IMG/VR virus record: IMGVR_UViG_3300050132_000038
Span: 1-64,000 of that record
DNA: 64,000 bases
Strand: one strand, 5' to 3'
The notes under the pieces were generated by a model. That model ran no database searches and was not told the origin of the DNA. It saw nothing but the letters and a program-made list of their open reading frames with translations. The position numbers and the translations under genes are program-made. Positions 29,379 through 37,780 of this stretch are shown here, in pieces. Each line of letters starts with the position of its first letter. Position 1 is the stretch's first letter.

Positions 29379-29704
29379 AGTACAGACCTTCCTGGCGCTG
29401 TCGTCAGTAGGCGGATAGTCTGTCCCTTCTGTTTCAATTGAACTGTAGTGCCCGCACAGTACATACCACCGTTGACCTGCCGAGGTTCATCTGAGATCCA
29501 TCGAGCTAACGCCAAGGCCATGACGATACGGGGGCTTTCCTCGTACACTAGCAGGGAATTATTTGCGTCATCTGGTGACTCCGCTTCGATACCATAGTTC
29601 GCTAGTAGTTCAATCAGGTGGGTACTCAACATGGCTTGCTCCTCTATAAGGGACGCTACTAGTCGGTGTGCAGCTTTCATATTAATCTCTCTAGTGTTAG
29701 CCAC
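29366..29704 (-). CDS. Hypothetical protein with tag variant
   Basis: EINMKAAHRLVAS near the N-terminus. Confidence 0.6.
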   Translation of the reverse strand: MANTREINMKAAHRLVASLIEEQAMLSTHLIELLANYGIEAESPDDANNSLLVYEESPRIVMALALARWISDEPRQVNGGMYCAGTTVQLKQKGQTIRLLTTAPGRSVLWLI

Positions 29705-29710
29705 TATGCG

Positions 29711-29980
29711 TTAGCCTCGGTCGGTTATGCGAGCCTTGTTACCCTCTTTGGCTACGTGGCACTTGTGCTCACCTTTACTAAACTCACCGGAGCCTGTTGA
29801 CGTCCACCCATCGCTTTTCAACTTGGAGACTACCTCAGAGAGTGTGGCGTCTACCGTGACATAGTTAGCACCCTCTGGGCGATCGTAGGTGAACTGGAGG
29901 CTGTTGATCCAGCCTTCAAAAGGGTCAGCGTGGACCTCGTACATAGAAAGTAATCGAGAAGCAGCATTGAGTTTAAACAT
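29711..29980 (-). CDS. Small protein with LNAAxRL tag
   Basis: MFKLNAASRLLS. Confidence 0.68.
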   Translation of the reverse strand: MFKLNAASRLLSMYEVHADPFEGWINSLQFTYDRPEGANYVTVDATLSEVVSKLKSDGWTSTGSGEFSKGEHKCHVAKEGNKARITDRG

Positions 29981-30021
29981 AGGGAATCCTTAGTAAGTTT
30001 TCAATGCTGCTAAGTATCATG

Positions 30022-31419
30022 CTAGAGCCACAGCTTCTCTTTACCTGTCGGCTGCTCAGCTTTGGTTTCAGGAGCTTCGGAAGGCTTACTTTCTTCTCCG
30101 ATGCCACTGTTCAGAATCAAAAGAACTTTTCGGAGTTGGGCGTTATTTAATCCAAACTTCTGGCCTAGGAATTCAGCATCGTGCACTGAGACCTCTCTAC
30201 CCTTCGCTACGTTGGTCACTGTGAATTCAATTTGCGTGCTAGAGGGCTTCATTCGAATCTTAGCAGTGCGTGAGCTCTTAAACAACCCCTTTACTTCCTG
30301 GTACAGGGCATACGCAACTTCCTTGGCTTGCTCAGGCTCAACACCTTTACGCAGCTTGAACACTAGCTTATCTTCATCTACATCCAGCTTCTGAATGAAA
30401 TCCTTGTAGCTAAACATCTCTGGCTTCAACTCGTTCAGGGGTTTCCGCAGTTGCGTGGACAACGGCACAGTACCGAGCGAGGAGCTGAAGTCTTCTAGAG
30501 CTAAGAGATCAGAGATAGCTTTAACTGCCTCGCCTGCTGAGCCAACCGATTCACCTCCCTCTTTCAGCAGTTGACCCGGGAGTTCGTACTCTGGGTTAAT
30601 CTGAATCGTAGTAGACTCACCAACAACCCATTGCACTGAGATGTACAGGCTAGGCGTTACCTTACCTTCATCGTTAGTAGCGTTAATCAGCATCAGGTAG
30701 TAGGTGAAAACGATCTGGCCTTCAGCAGAAGTCGATACGTAGAGGAACAGATTGGAGTCCTCAAACATAACGTGCTCTTGCACTTCCTGACGAATAACGT
30801 CGATGTACTTCTCGAAGGTCTTCGGCACATGCTTGGCTGCCACTTCATTTAGGAAGCCTAAGACCGTTTTCAACTGCTTAGCAACCTTACCTTTCAACTC
30901 ATGGAGTGCAGCTATAGTAGCTGTATACGCTTCACCACGACGATCCGGGAACTGCATAGAGAGTTGAGCTTCCACTGCTTCTAGGGTACGATGTTTCTCG
31001 TATAGGTCCTCAGAGAGAGAGTACTGCTCTTCCAGCTTCTTAACGTTAGGGACCACCACCTTAGTAAGTTCTGGATCAATCTTACGCTTGAGTCGTGATT
31101 TATTTGACCCACCTTCACCTTCTTTGATGGTGAGTTCCATCTCAGCAGCCTTAACTAGAGTAGCACCAACCCACTCCTTTGGCTTCTTTAGGAAGGCCAA
31201 CTGAGTTTGGTGTACCTTAATAACCTTCTCGTTCTCGTCGATCTCTTCCTTCATAGTATCTAGGAAGCGAGTGACGTCATCGATGTAACGAAACTTCGGT
31301 AGTTCGATCGCGTGGACACGAGTTCGGGCTACTGTTTTGTTCTTAGCTGTTGCTGACTTCTTCGTGGCAGTAATACCCGAGGAAGCGCGGAGGCGAGCGG
31401 CTGCATTAGTCTTGACCAT
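30022..31419 (-). CDS. Putative virion protein with tag variant
   Basis: MVKTNAAARLRAS; preceded by a CAATTTAAT motif. Confidence 0.65.
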   Translation of the reverse strand: MVKTNAAARLRASSGITATKKSATAKNKTVARTRVHAIELPKFRYIDDVTRFLDTMKEEIDENEKVIKVHQTQLAFLKKPKEWVGATLVKAAEMELTIKEGEGGSNKSRLKRKIDPELTKVVVPNVKKLEEQYSLSEDLYEKHRTLEAVEAQLSMQFPDRRGEAYTATIAALHELKGKVAKQLKTVLGFLNEVAAKHVPKTFEKYIDVIRQEVQEHVMFEDSNLFLYVSTSAEGQIVFTYYLMLINATNDEGKVTPSLYISVQWVVGESTTIQINPEYELPGQLLKEGGESVGSAGEAVKAISDLLALEDFSSSLGTVPLSTQLRKPLNELKPEMFSYKDFIQKLDVDEDKLVFKLRKGVEPEQAKEVAYALYQEVKGLFKSSRTAKIRMKPSSTQIEFTVTNVAKGREVSVHDAEFLGQKFGLNNAQLRKVLLILNSGIGEESKPSEAPETKAEQPTGKEKLWL

Positions 31420-31480
31420 TATTATTCCTTACGAATTCGAGATCTGAATAAGATTAAATTGTATTCTAGTATGTTCGGTA

Positions 31481-32710
31481 CTACGTTCTGTACTTGCCGG
31501 TAACGTTATCCCTCGAGTTCAGTGTAGTCCTGTCCTTAGACATGATACGACCACGAGGAGGCAGTATTCTATATAGCTCCTGCGGCTGTATTACTCGCAC
31601 CTGAACTTCCCAACCTAGGATTGAACGTTGCCGAGACTTCCACGTATTGACTGATTGTACGACCAGGACTTTACCAAGCTGTGACTCCACGATAATATCC
31701 TGGGAGTTAATAGTAGGTACATTAGGACTCAATACAATCTGGAAGGGTTCCATCTGTTCCAGCAACGATATATCGGTTCCTATGTTACGTTTCGGGAATT
31801 CAAAATACACCGACTCAGTAGTGAGTGCGAATTGAATCTCTAGGTGGGAGAACTCCCCATTAACATTGGCAGTTAGTAAGTGAGGACCTCCGTCACACAA
31901 GGCTAGTACCTGTGTAGGATTCGTAATGGGAGTTCCATCGATGCTAAAGGTAGCAGGAACCGCCTTCGCCATATTCCACACCTTGAATACATCTATCCCT
32001 ATAGCACCACGAGGAAACTTCACAATGACCGAGAAGTTTTGCGCCTTAGCGGTAAGTGGCTTCCTCGTTACGTTGATCTCGCCTTCTTGGGATAACTTAA
32101 CGTCCGTAACGGTGAGGACTGTACGGTGCGCGTGGAATGGGGCAAACCCACCAATGAATCCAGTGCCAAAACAAATGGGACACGCTACATCCGAGAAGCC
32201 GAGAACAGATGCATCGAAGTCACCTACTAGATCATCTATGGTGGTCGAGTTAAGAGGGCCGTTATCCTCGAAGTCGATACCTTCTGTGATGACCTCGAAG
32301 GGGAAGTCACCGCCTTCTCCAGTGCTACCAAGTGAGAATTGCCCTTGGTTTGGGTCGGTAGAGAACGGCGAAGTCTCAGTGATGTTATTTGGGAATTGTC
32401 GATTAGGCTGCTCGTACGGAGTGATCGTAAACTCCATAGCGCCAGTCAACATCGAGTTAATATCACCTTGGGATGCCTTACCATCTTTGCCGAGGATACC
32501 GTTGATCTGTTTACCAGATGCTTGGCAGCTACACTTACGACCTTGGAGCAAACGGTTGTAGTGGCAGCAGGAAATTCCCTGGGCTCTGAAGGCATTGTAC
32601 GTCTTGTTCTGCTGGATAGCCATCACCTCGGTGATAGCCTTCTCAGCTACATCGGCACCACGAGCATTGGGAGGTAGAAGACGATTATTCGTACTATTCT
32701 TGTACGGCAA
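31481..32710 (-). CDS. Putative head-closure/neck protein with Zn-finger
   Basis: GRKCSC and CPICFGTGFIGG motifs; C-terminal beta domain; assignment by recollected resemblance to jumbo phage neck proteins. Confidence 0.45.
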   Translation of the reverse strand: MPYKNSTNNRLLPPNARGADVAEKAITEVMAIQQNKTYNAFRAQGISCCHYNRLLQGRKCSCQASGKQINGILGKDGKASQGDINSMLTGAMEFTITPYEQPNRQFPNNITETSPFSTDPNQGQFSLGSTGEGGDFPFEVITEGIDFEDNGPLNSTTIDDLVGDFDASVLGFSDVACPICFGTGFIGGFAPFHAHRTVLTVTDVKLSQEGEINVTRKPLTAKAQNFSVIVKFPRGAIGIDVFKVWNMAKAVPATFSIDGTPITNPTQVLALCDGGPHLLTANVNGEFSHLEIQFALTTESVYFEFPKRNIGTDISLLEQMEPFQIVLSPNVPTINSQDIIVESQLGKVLVVQSVNTWKSRQRSILGWEVQVRVIQPQELYRILPPRGRIMSKDRTTLNSRDNVTGKYRT

Positions 32711-32774
32711 TTTGGGTGCCTCCAGATCAACTATTTTAATTATTATAAAATTGACCTGGAGTTGAAGGAGGGAC

Positions 32775-33119
32775 TTAGTTTACGGCTAGAGCGGGGAATT
32801 GCTTCTGGACTTGCTGTGCAAAGCACTCTATGGTAGCGCACACGGTATTGAGGCTAAAGTATTGGGACTTGAACTCACCGTTACGAAGTCTCACATCTAC
32901 TTGCACCTCACCGGAAGTAGCGATCTTCACAAACTTAGTTCGTTTCCTGTTCTGTGCAGTGAGGGAAGCATCGTAGTAAACAAACTCTACTCCAGGTGCT
33001 TTGTCAAGGGTGATCAACCGTTCTTTGAGTGAGTTCCAGAACATATCTTTCATAAACGTTGTTACGTGGCGATCCCATTTACCGAGAGCGCAGTCCTGCA
33101 TAGTACCAGATACAAGCAT
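32775..33119 (-). CDS. Hypothetical protein
   Basis: ORF with GGAG RBS, preceded by TGTAAATA. Confidence 0.55.
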   Translation of the reverse strand: MLVSGTMQDCALGKWDRHVTTFMKDMFWNSLKERLITLDKAPGVEFVYYDASLTAQNRKRTKFVKIATSGEVQVDVRLRNGEFKSQYFSLNTVCATIECFAQQVQKQFPALAVN

Positions 33120-33170
33120 CTAAATCTCCGTAAGGCTAAAAGTTGTTATGTTTCAACCACTATTTACAGT

Positions 33171-33740
33171 CTAATCAAAGTGGGTAAGTCTGTACGCCGC
33201 GCTCATCTTCAGAGGGTCGACGCCATTCTTCTTCGCGTTTTCTATTCTGGAGATTTCCATCTCAACTGAGCGCATCGACTGTGGATCAGCTAGCAATGAT
33301 TCTAGCCCAGGGTGTAGGGGATCAGGCCACTCATTATACGGCACCCATACGTTACCTGCGGTTTCCTCAGCGAATTCAGGTGGAGAATTAATCTCGAATT
33401 GCTTAGGAATGACTACGAGATTGTTAGCGTACTGAAATCCGCGGTCTGCATCATAGTACGTCATGAGAGGGAATATCTTCATCTCACCTGTGTATCCTGT
33501 TTCCTCTCTAAGTTCCCGTTTGAGTGCGGTGAACGTTTCCTCGTTACCGTCGATAGAACCTCCCCAACAACCGTACGTGTTTGGCGTATCCGAAGTAGTG
33601 CTACGGAGTTGGAAACTGAAGTTCAGTGTGTCTGCAGCTAGGAGTAGGCAACCAACCGCGTAGTGGTACCCCCTCACCCCAGGGACCCATTCTTCACCAT
33701 CTTTGTGTGCTAGTAGTCGTGTAGCTGCATTTAGTTTCAT
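33171..33740 (-). CDS. Nudix hydrolase with tags at both ends
   Basis: Nudix box GGSIDGNEETFTALKRELREETG; starts MKLNAATRLLA, ends LKMSAAYRLTHFD. Confidence 0.88.
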   Translation of the reverse strand: MKLNAATRLLAHKDGEEWVPGVRGYHYAVGCLLLAADTLNFSFQLRSTTSDTPNTYGCWGGSIDGNEETFTALKRELREETGYTGEMKIFPLMTYYDADRGFQYANNLVVIPKQFEINSPPEFAEETAGNVWVPYNEWPDPLHPGLESLLADPQSMRSVEMEISRIENAKKNGVDPLKMSAAYRLTHFD

Positions 33741-33749
33741 TGTCAGGTC

Positions 33750-34373
33750 CTAAGAAGTCGGGTCCACTATGACAACCTGCCTTCCGCGCATCATGAAGTT
33801 GTCCTTGTGGATGTCCGGGTAGCCATCACCAGTGTTGTACTCAGCTACAAGCCACTCGGCGAATTGTTTTAGATTCGGATCTAAGGGTGCGCCACGCGAA
33901 GTCTTTATCTCACATAGGCGGGTCCACAGCGGACTAACCTTAGACTGGTATACCGAGAGGTTTTTCTGGTGCGGTACAAAGCATATAGTCTCCAGTCCAT
34001 AGATGAACTTCTTGAACTGGGCTTCTGACATAGGAGTCAGTTTCTCCATGAAGACCACGTGAAGTCCTGTCTTATCTGAGTTCCAAATGTGGCCTTTGTA
34101 CTTCGGATCAGGATCCAGACCGTGTTCGTCGTGGTGCTCGCCCTTGATCTTCAATAGATACGGATTGTGGGGATTAGCCTGACAGAACTTCGTATACGAT
34201 TCGAACGCAGGGTCGTGAGTGAACACCTTCACCATCGTCGTCGGATCTGTTAGATGCTGAAAGACAAAGGCGTGAGAGCCCTTTGCTACAGGCTCTATAC
34301 CTTGTGACTTCAAGTCCTTCAGATACTCTGTCAAGGTGACTGCGATTAACCTAGTAGCTGCGTTTAACTTCAT
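33750..34373 (-). CDS. Protein-kinase-like (PKL fold) enzyme with LNAAxRL tag
   Basis: Gly-loop AKGSHAFVF, VKV lysine, FMEKL hinge, DIHKDNFM catalytic loop, IVDP. Confidence 0.78.
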   Translation of the reverse strand: MKLNAATRLIAVTLTEYLKDLKSQGIEPVAKGSHAFVFQHLTDPTTMVKVFTHDPAFESYTKFCQANPHNPYLLKIKGEHHDEHGLDPDPKYKGHIWNSDKTGLHVVFMEKLTPMSEAQFKKFIYGLETICFVPHQKNLSVYQSKVSPLWTRLCEIKTSRGAPLDPNLKQFAEWLVAEYNTGDGYPDIHKDNFMMRGRQVVIVDPTS

Positions 34374-34376
34374 TTT

Positions 34377-35792
34377 CTATTTCCCTACTAAAAAGTTTGT
34401 GAAAGCCCATTCGTTATCTTCATCGAAATCCTTCTTGTACAGGTGCCCTCTGTTATCCAAGGGACTCCAATCTGAATAGTAAGCCACCATAGGACCAAGG
34501 TAGGGTTTAGCTATTGACAGCACAAAGTCGAAGGGTAAGTCTTCTGGCTCACAATAACCCATTCTCGGATTCTCTAACGTCCATACTATAGCCCCTAGCA
34601 GTGAGGCACATACCTGCACAGTAGTTGCATTCTGACCAGGAACTAACGATCGAGCTTCCTCTATATCTAATTGAGAGCCATACCACAGCGCATTCTTACC
34701 ATGACCTAGGAGCAACACCCCTAGTTCATCGATACCACTTAGTATGGAGTTCTTAGCAATCCTAGTATTACGGTGCATCCACAATTCTTGTCCACGCATC
34801 TCATGGATTGAGGCCAATGCTGCATCTGTCGGCTGATACGCATAGTACACTGTAGGTCTATAGGAATCAGTGGATAGATACTCACTGATCGTTACTGCCT
34901 CTGAGTGCTGGATTAGGAATCCGTTATACGTACCACCAAGAGGCACCCAGGACTTCACGAGGGTGGCTACTCCGGGAGTGTCGAGATACGCTGAATTCCC
35001 CTGCACAGTTAAGCCACCAACCTCTTGCGGTTCGTGCGACCCCCAACCTAGTTCAGCAGGTGCTCTACCCTCAGCCCAGAAGCCTTCGCAGCTCCAGGTG
35101 TTAACGAATTCATGTACGCGCTTAGGAACCTTCAGTATCTGTGTATCGCGTTCTGCTATTTGAATCACCTTAGTATCAGTGGCCTCGGCTAGAGCTGCCC
35201 AACCCATTTGGTTCTGTGGAACCTCAGTAGATAATCCGGTATCCTTAGCAATCTTGAGTAATGCAGCTTTTGTGAAATGCGATACTAGCCCAGGGTTAGC
35301 CCCGTGCGTTACTACACAGGTAGCATGACCTGGGTACTTGGAAGCCATCTCCCTAATCTCTTGATGCTCTGTGTACAAAGTACGTTCTGCTAGATCGGGT
35401 ATTGTCTCGTCGGGTGAGGTAGCCCAACGCTCAATGGACGTGTCGATGTACATAACGTTATGGGATAGGCACCACTCTACAATAGCTATTCCATCGATGT
35501 TCAAGCTTAGGTTGACGAGGTAATCACCTTCAGCTAGTAAGGACTCAAGAGTAGAGCCCATGTTGTCTTCTACTATCTCACGCACTACGTAGTGAATGCC
35601 TGTGTAGGGAGCGAATTCAGGGCGCTCTACCTTATCCAAAACAGTTATCTTGGAGGGATTCAGATCTATGTGGCGGAGGAGCATTGGTAACATCGTCTGC
35701 CCTACAGCACCAAAGCCCAAGAGTAAGAGGCGACCATCGTGTGTTGCTAACTTTTGACTAGCTAGTAGTCTGGAGGCTGCGTTAATCTTCAT
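34377..35792 (-). CDS. hss: Homospermidine synthase with N-terminal tag
   Basis: GFGAVG Rossmann motif, HGANPGLVSHF, QIAERDTQ, FVNTWSCEGF, HSEA, YRPTVYYAY, GIDELGVLL, QNATTVQV. Confidence 0.93.
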   Translation of the reverse strand: MKINAASRLLASQKLATHDGRLLLLGFGAVGQTMLPMLLRHIDLNPSKITVLDKVERPEFAPYTGIHYVVREIVEDNMGSTLESLLAEGDYLVNLSLNIDGIAIVEWCLSHNVMYIDTSIERWATSPDETIPDLAERTLYTEHQEIREMASKYPGHATCVVTHGANPGLVSHFTKAALLKIAKDTGLSTEVPQNQMGWAALAEATDTKVIQIAERDTQILKVPKRVHEFVNTWSCEGFWAEGRAPAELGWGSHEPQEVGGLTVQGNSAYLDTPGVATLVKSWVPLGGTYNGFLIQHSEAVTISEYLSTDSYRPTVYYAYQPTDAALASIHEMRGQELWMHRNTRIAKNSILSGIDELGVLLLGHGKNALWYGSQLDIEEARSLVPGQNATTVQVCASLLGAIVWTLENPRMGYCEPEDLPFDFVLSIAKPYLGPMVAYYSDWSPLDNRGHLYKKDFDEDNEWAFTNFLVGK

Positions 35793-35878
35793 CTCGTAGC
35801 TCTCATTGAAAATGGTAGAATCAATGAGGCTAGGTGGGCTGTACTTCTACCCGGTGTACGGCCCACGTTCAGGCTAGA

Positions 35879-36031
35879 TTACTCGTCGCCTTGTTCCTGC
35901 TCTTGTCCAGGTTGCTCCTGTTCCTGCTCCTGACCATTCTCCTCAGGTTCACCTGGACCTTGTTGCTGTTGCTGGTTCTGCTCTTGAGTCGTACTCTGAC
36001 TCACGTTTTGACTTACATTAACCTTAGTCAT
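35879..36031 (-). CDS. Short Gln/Glu-rich low-complexity peptide
   Basis: ATG 36031 with GAGG RBS; QEQ/QQQ repeats. Confidence 0.45.
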   Translation of the reverse strand: MTKVNVSQNVSQSTTQEQNQQQQQGPGEPEENGQEQEQEQPGQEQEQGDE

Positions 36032-36094
36032 GACTGCCTCACATTTGAAGTTAGGTGGGGTTAGCACCGGATTCAATACAGCTAGTCAGTGCTA

Positions 36095-36307
36095 CTACTT
36101 ACCCAGTAAGCGACGGGCCGCGCTAACCTCTACGTCATCCAAGACAGAGGCGTCCCTCCGGTTTTGGTAAATGTAGTTAGTCAAAGCCCACTTGTTATCA
36201 GGATGCGATTTCTCAGCGTCCTTCTTAGACTTCTCCCAGTCCTTCTCCAATTTCTTCTTAGTACCACGCCCTTCACGGACATCTTTATTGATTAATGCGT
36301 TAGGCAC
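36095..36307 (-). CDS. Small basic protein with C-terminal tag variant
   Basis: Ends VEVSAARRLLGK; AGGAG RBS. Confidence 0.6.
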   Translation of the reverse strand: MPNALINKDVREGRGTKKKLEKDWEKSKKDAEKSHPDNKWALTNYIYQNRRDASVLDDVEVSAARRLLGK

Positions 36308-36344
36308 TTTGATTCTCCTAGTAGCTGAAAATCAATACTGCTAG

Positions 36345-36848
36345 TTATACACGTTTAAGTTGGTGAACACTGAATACTCCGTAGGTAGGAATATCGTCGT
36401 TCACTCCTTCCTTGCCTTCTACAGAGTTAAACCCAGCAGCCTTGAGGATCCTAACTAGCTCAGGTAGTTGCATGTACCACTCCCACACATGCTTATAACC
36501 GGAACCCTTTACCTCTGCTAGTTCGTCCATGAGCTCCATACCCTTTTCTCTAGTGATGTGACCCTCCTGGAATTGCGAGAGTATGCCACGCTTCACCCGA
36601 TCGGTTACATCCTTCAGCTGAACTTCCGTTTGTAGCGTTCGGAAACCAAAGTCGAAGCTATGCCCTATGTCAGCATGAAATTCTAGTACGTGCTGTTCAT
36701 CCTTTGCATACTCTAAGGCGTAGTCTCGATCAGGAGTAATGAAGATGATGTGCTGGTTCTTTGCGTGTTCATCCGACCAGGTTTGAGTTAGGCCTCGGTA
36801 GAAGATTTGACTAGCTAGTAGCCTGTGTGCTGCGTTTAGTTTCATCAT
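36345..36848 (-). CDS. ADP-ribosyltransferase-like protein with LNAAxRL tag
   Basis: MMKLNAAHRLLAS; FYRG..IFITPDRDYALEYA..GFNSV..YGVF..QLK resembles phage ART-like domains. Confidence 0.5.
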   Translation of the reverse strand: MMKLNAAHRLLASQIFYRGLTQTWSDEHAKNQHIIFITPDRDYALEYAKDEQHVLEFHADIGHSFDFGFRTLQTEVQLKDVTDRVKRGILSQFQEGHITREKGMELMDELAEVKGSGYKHVWEWYMQLPELVRILKAAGFNSVEGKEGVNDDIPTYGVFSVHQLKRV

Positions 36849-37780
36849 ACTTCTTCCTTTAGAGCTTTGCTCACTACAGCATCCTCTAATCCTTGCCCTA
36901 TGGATTCTACAAAGTGGCGGAGAACGCTGCCCTCCGGAACTTTCCTTTTACGAATGGCGTTGAGCGCGCTAGTTAAAGCTAGGCTGCCAGCACCAGCAAC
37001 AAGGTGTGCGGCAAACCCACCAGGTAGTGCCGCTATACTCATGCCTAATGCCATCTTCCCTAGGCCCTTGATTGCTTTCTTCTGCTCAGCACTCAACTCT
37101 GTACCCTCACTCAGTGCTACAAGTCCTGTGGTGGCCTGCTTTACCCTAGGGAAGGACCGGTCTAGTACCTTAGCTATGTGTGAGGCCTTAGACTTAATGT
37201 GCTGAGCAATGGCACCCTTCTTAGGTGGTGTCGATACCTCTTCATCAGGTACATCGGCTTTCTCTATACCCTCGGCCACGGAGTCCACGAACACTTCGAG
37301 GTCGTCCTTACCATTGGAATTCTCTTTGTTCTTTTTGAAGTGTTCCGTAGCGTATTTCACTGCGTGAACACCTACGTGACCAGCAGTATGAATAAGGTGT
37401 GCCTGTTCCTTACCTACTGCGAACTTCAATGCTGATTTCAGGACTGTATCCCCGAGCTCCATGAGAACATCCCGATGGTCCTCAGTTAGCTTCTTCCCTG
37501 TGGCAAGATGCTTTAGGGCTGCGGTAGCTCCGGATAACAGTGGGAATGAATCTCGGAGTAGCCTCGCTATCTTAGGGCCGTGGGTTCTTAGGACACCTGC
37601 AGACGCCTTACGGGGCTCAGGTGTATCCTTAGCCTCGGGTTCTTTCGAGTCTTCCTTTATGGAATCCTTAGCATACTTGGAGCCTGGATGATCCTTGATG
37701 TATTGCTTCTTCTGGTCGGCATCAAGAGCTTCCCACCAATCCTCCGAAGCTAACAGTCGATGCGCCGCGTTTAGTTTCAT
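36845..37780 (-). CDS. Tagged protein, paralog A (internal duplication, Gly/Ala-rich hydrophobic segment)
   Basis: MKLNAAHRLLAS; WWEALDADQKKQYIKDHPGSKYA; paralogous to 37777..38808. Confidence 0.72.
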   Translation of the reverse strand: MKLNAAHRLLASEDWWEALDADQKKQYIKDHPGSKYAKDSIKEDSKEPEAKDTPEPRKASAGVLRTHGPKIARLLRDSFPLLSGATAALKHLATGKKLTEDHRDVLMELGDTVLKSALKFAVGKEQAHLIHTAGHVGVHAVKYATEHFKKNKENSNGKDDLEVFVDSVAEGIEKADVPDEEVSTPPKKGAIAQHIKSKASHIAKVLDRSFPRVKQATTGLVALSEGTELSAEQKKAIKGLGKMALGMSIAALPGGFAAHLVAGAGSLALTSALNAIRKRKVPEGSVLRHFVESIGQGLEDAVVSKALKEEV

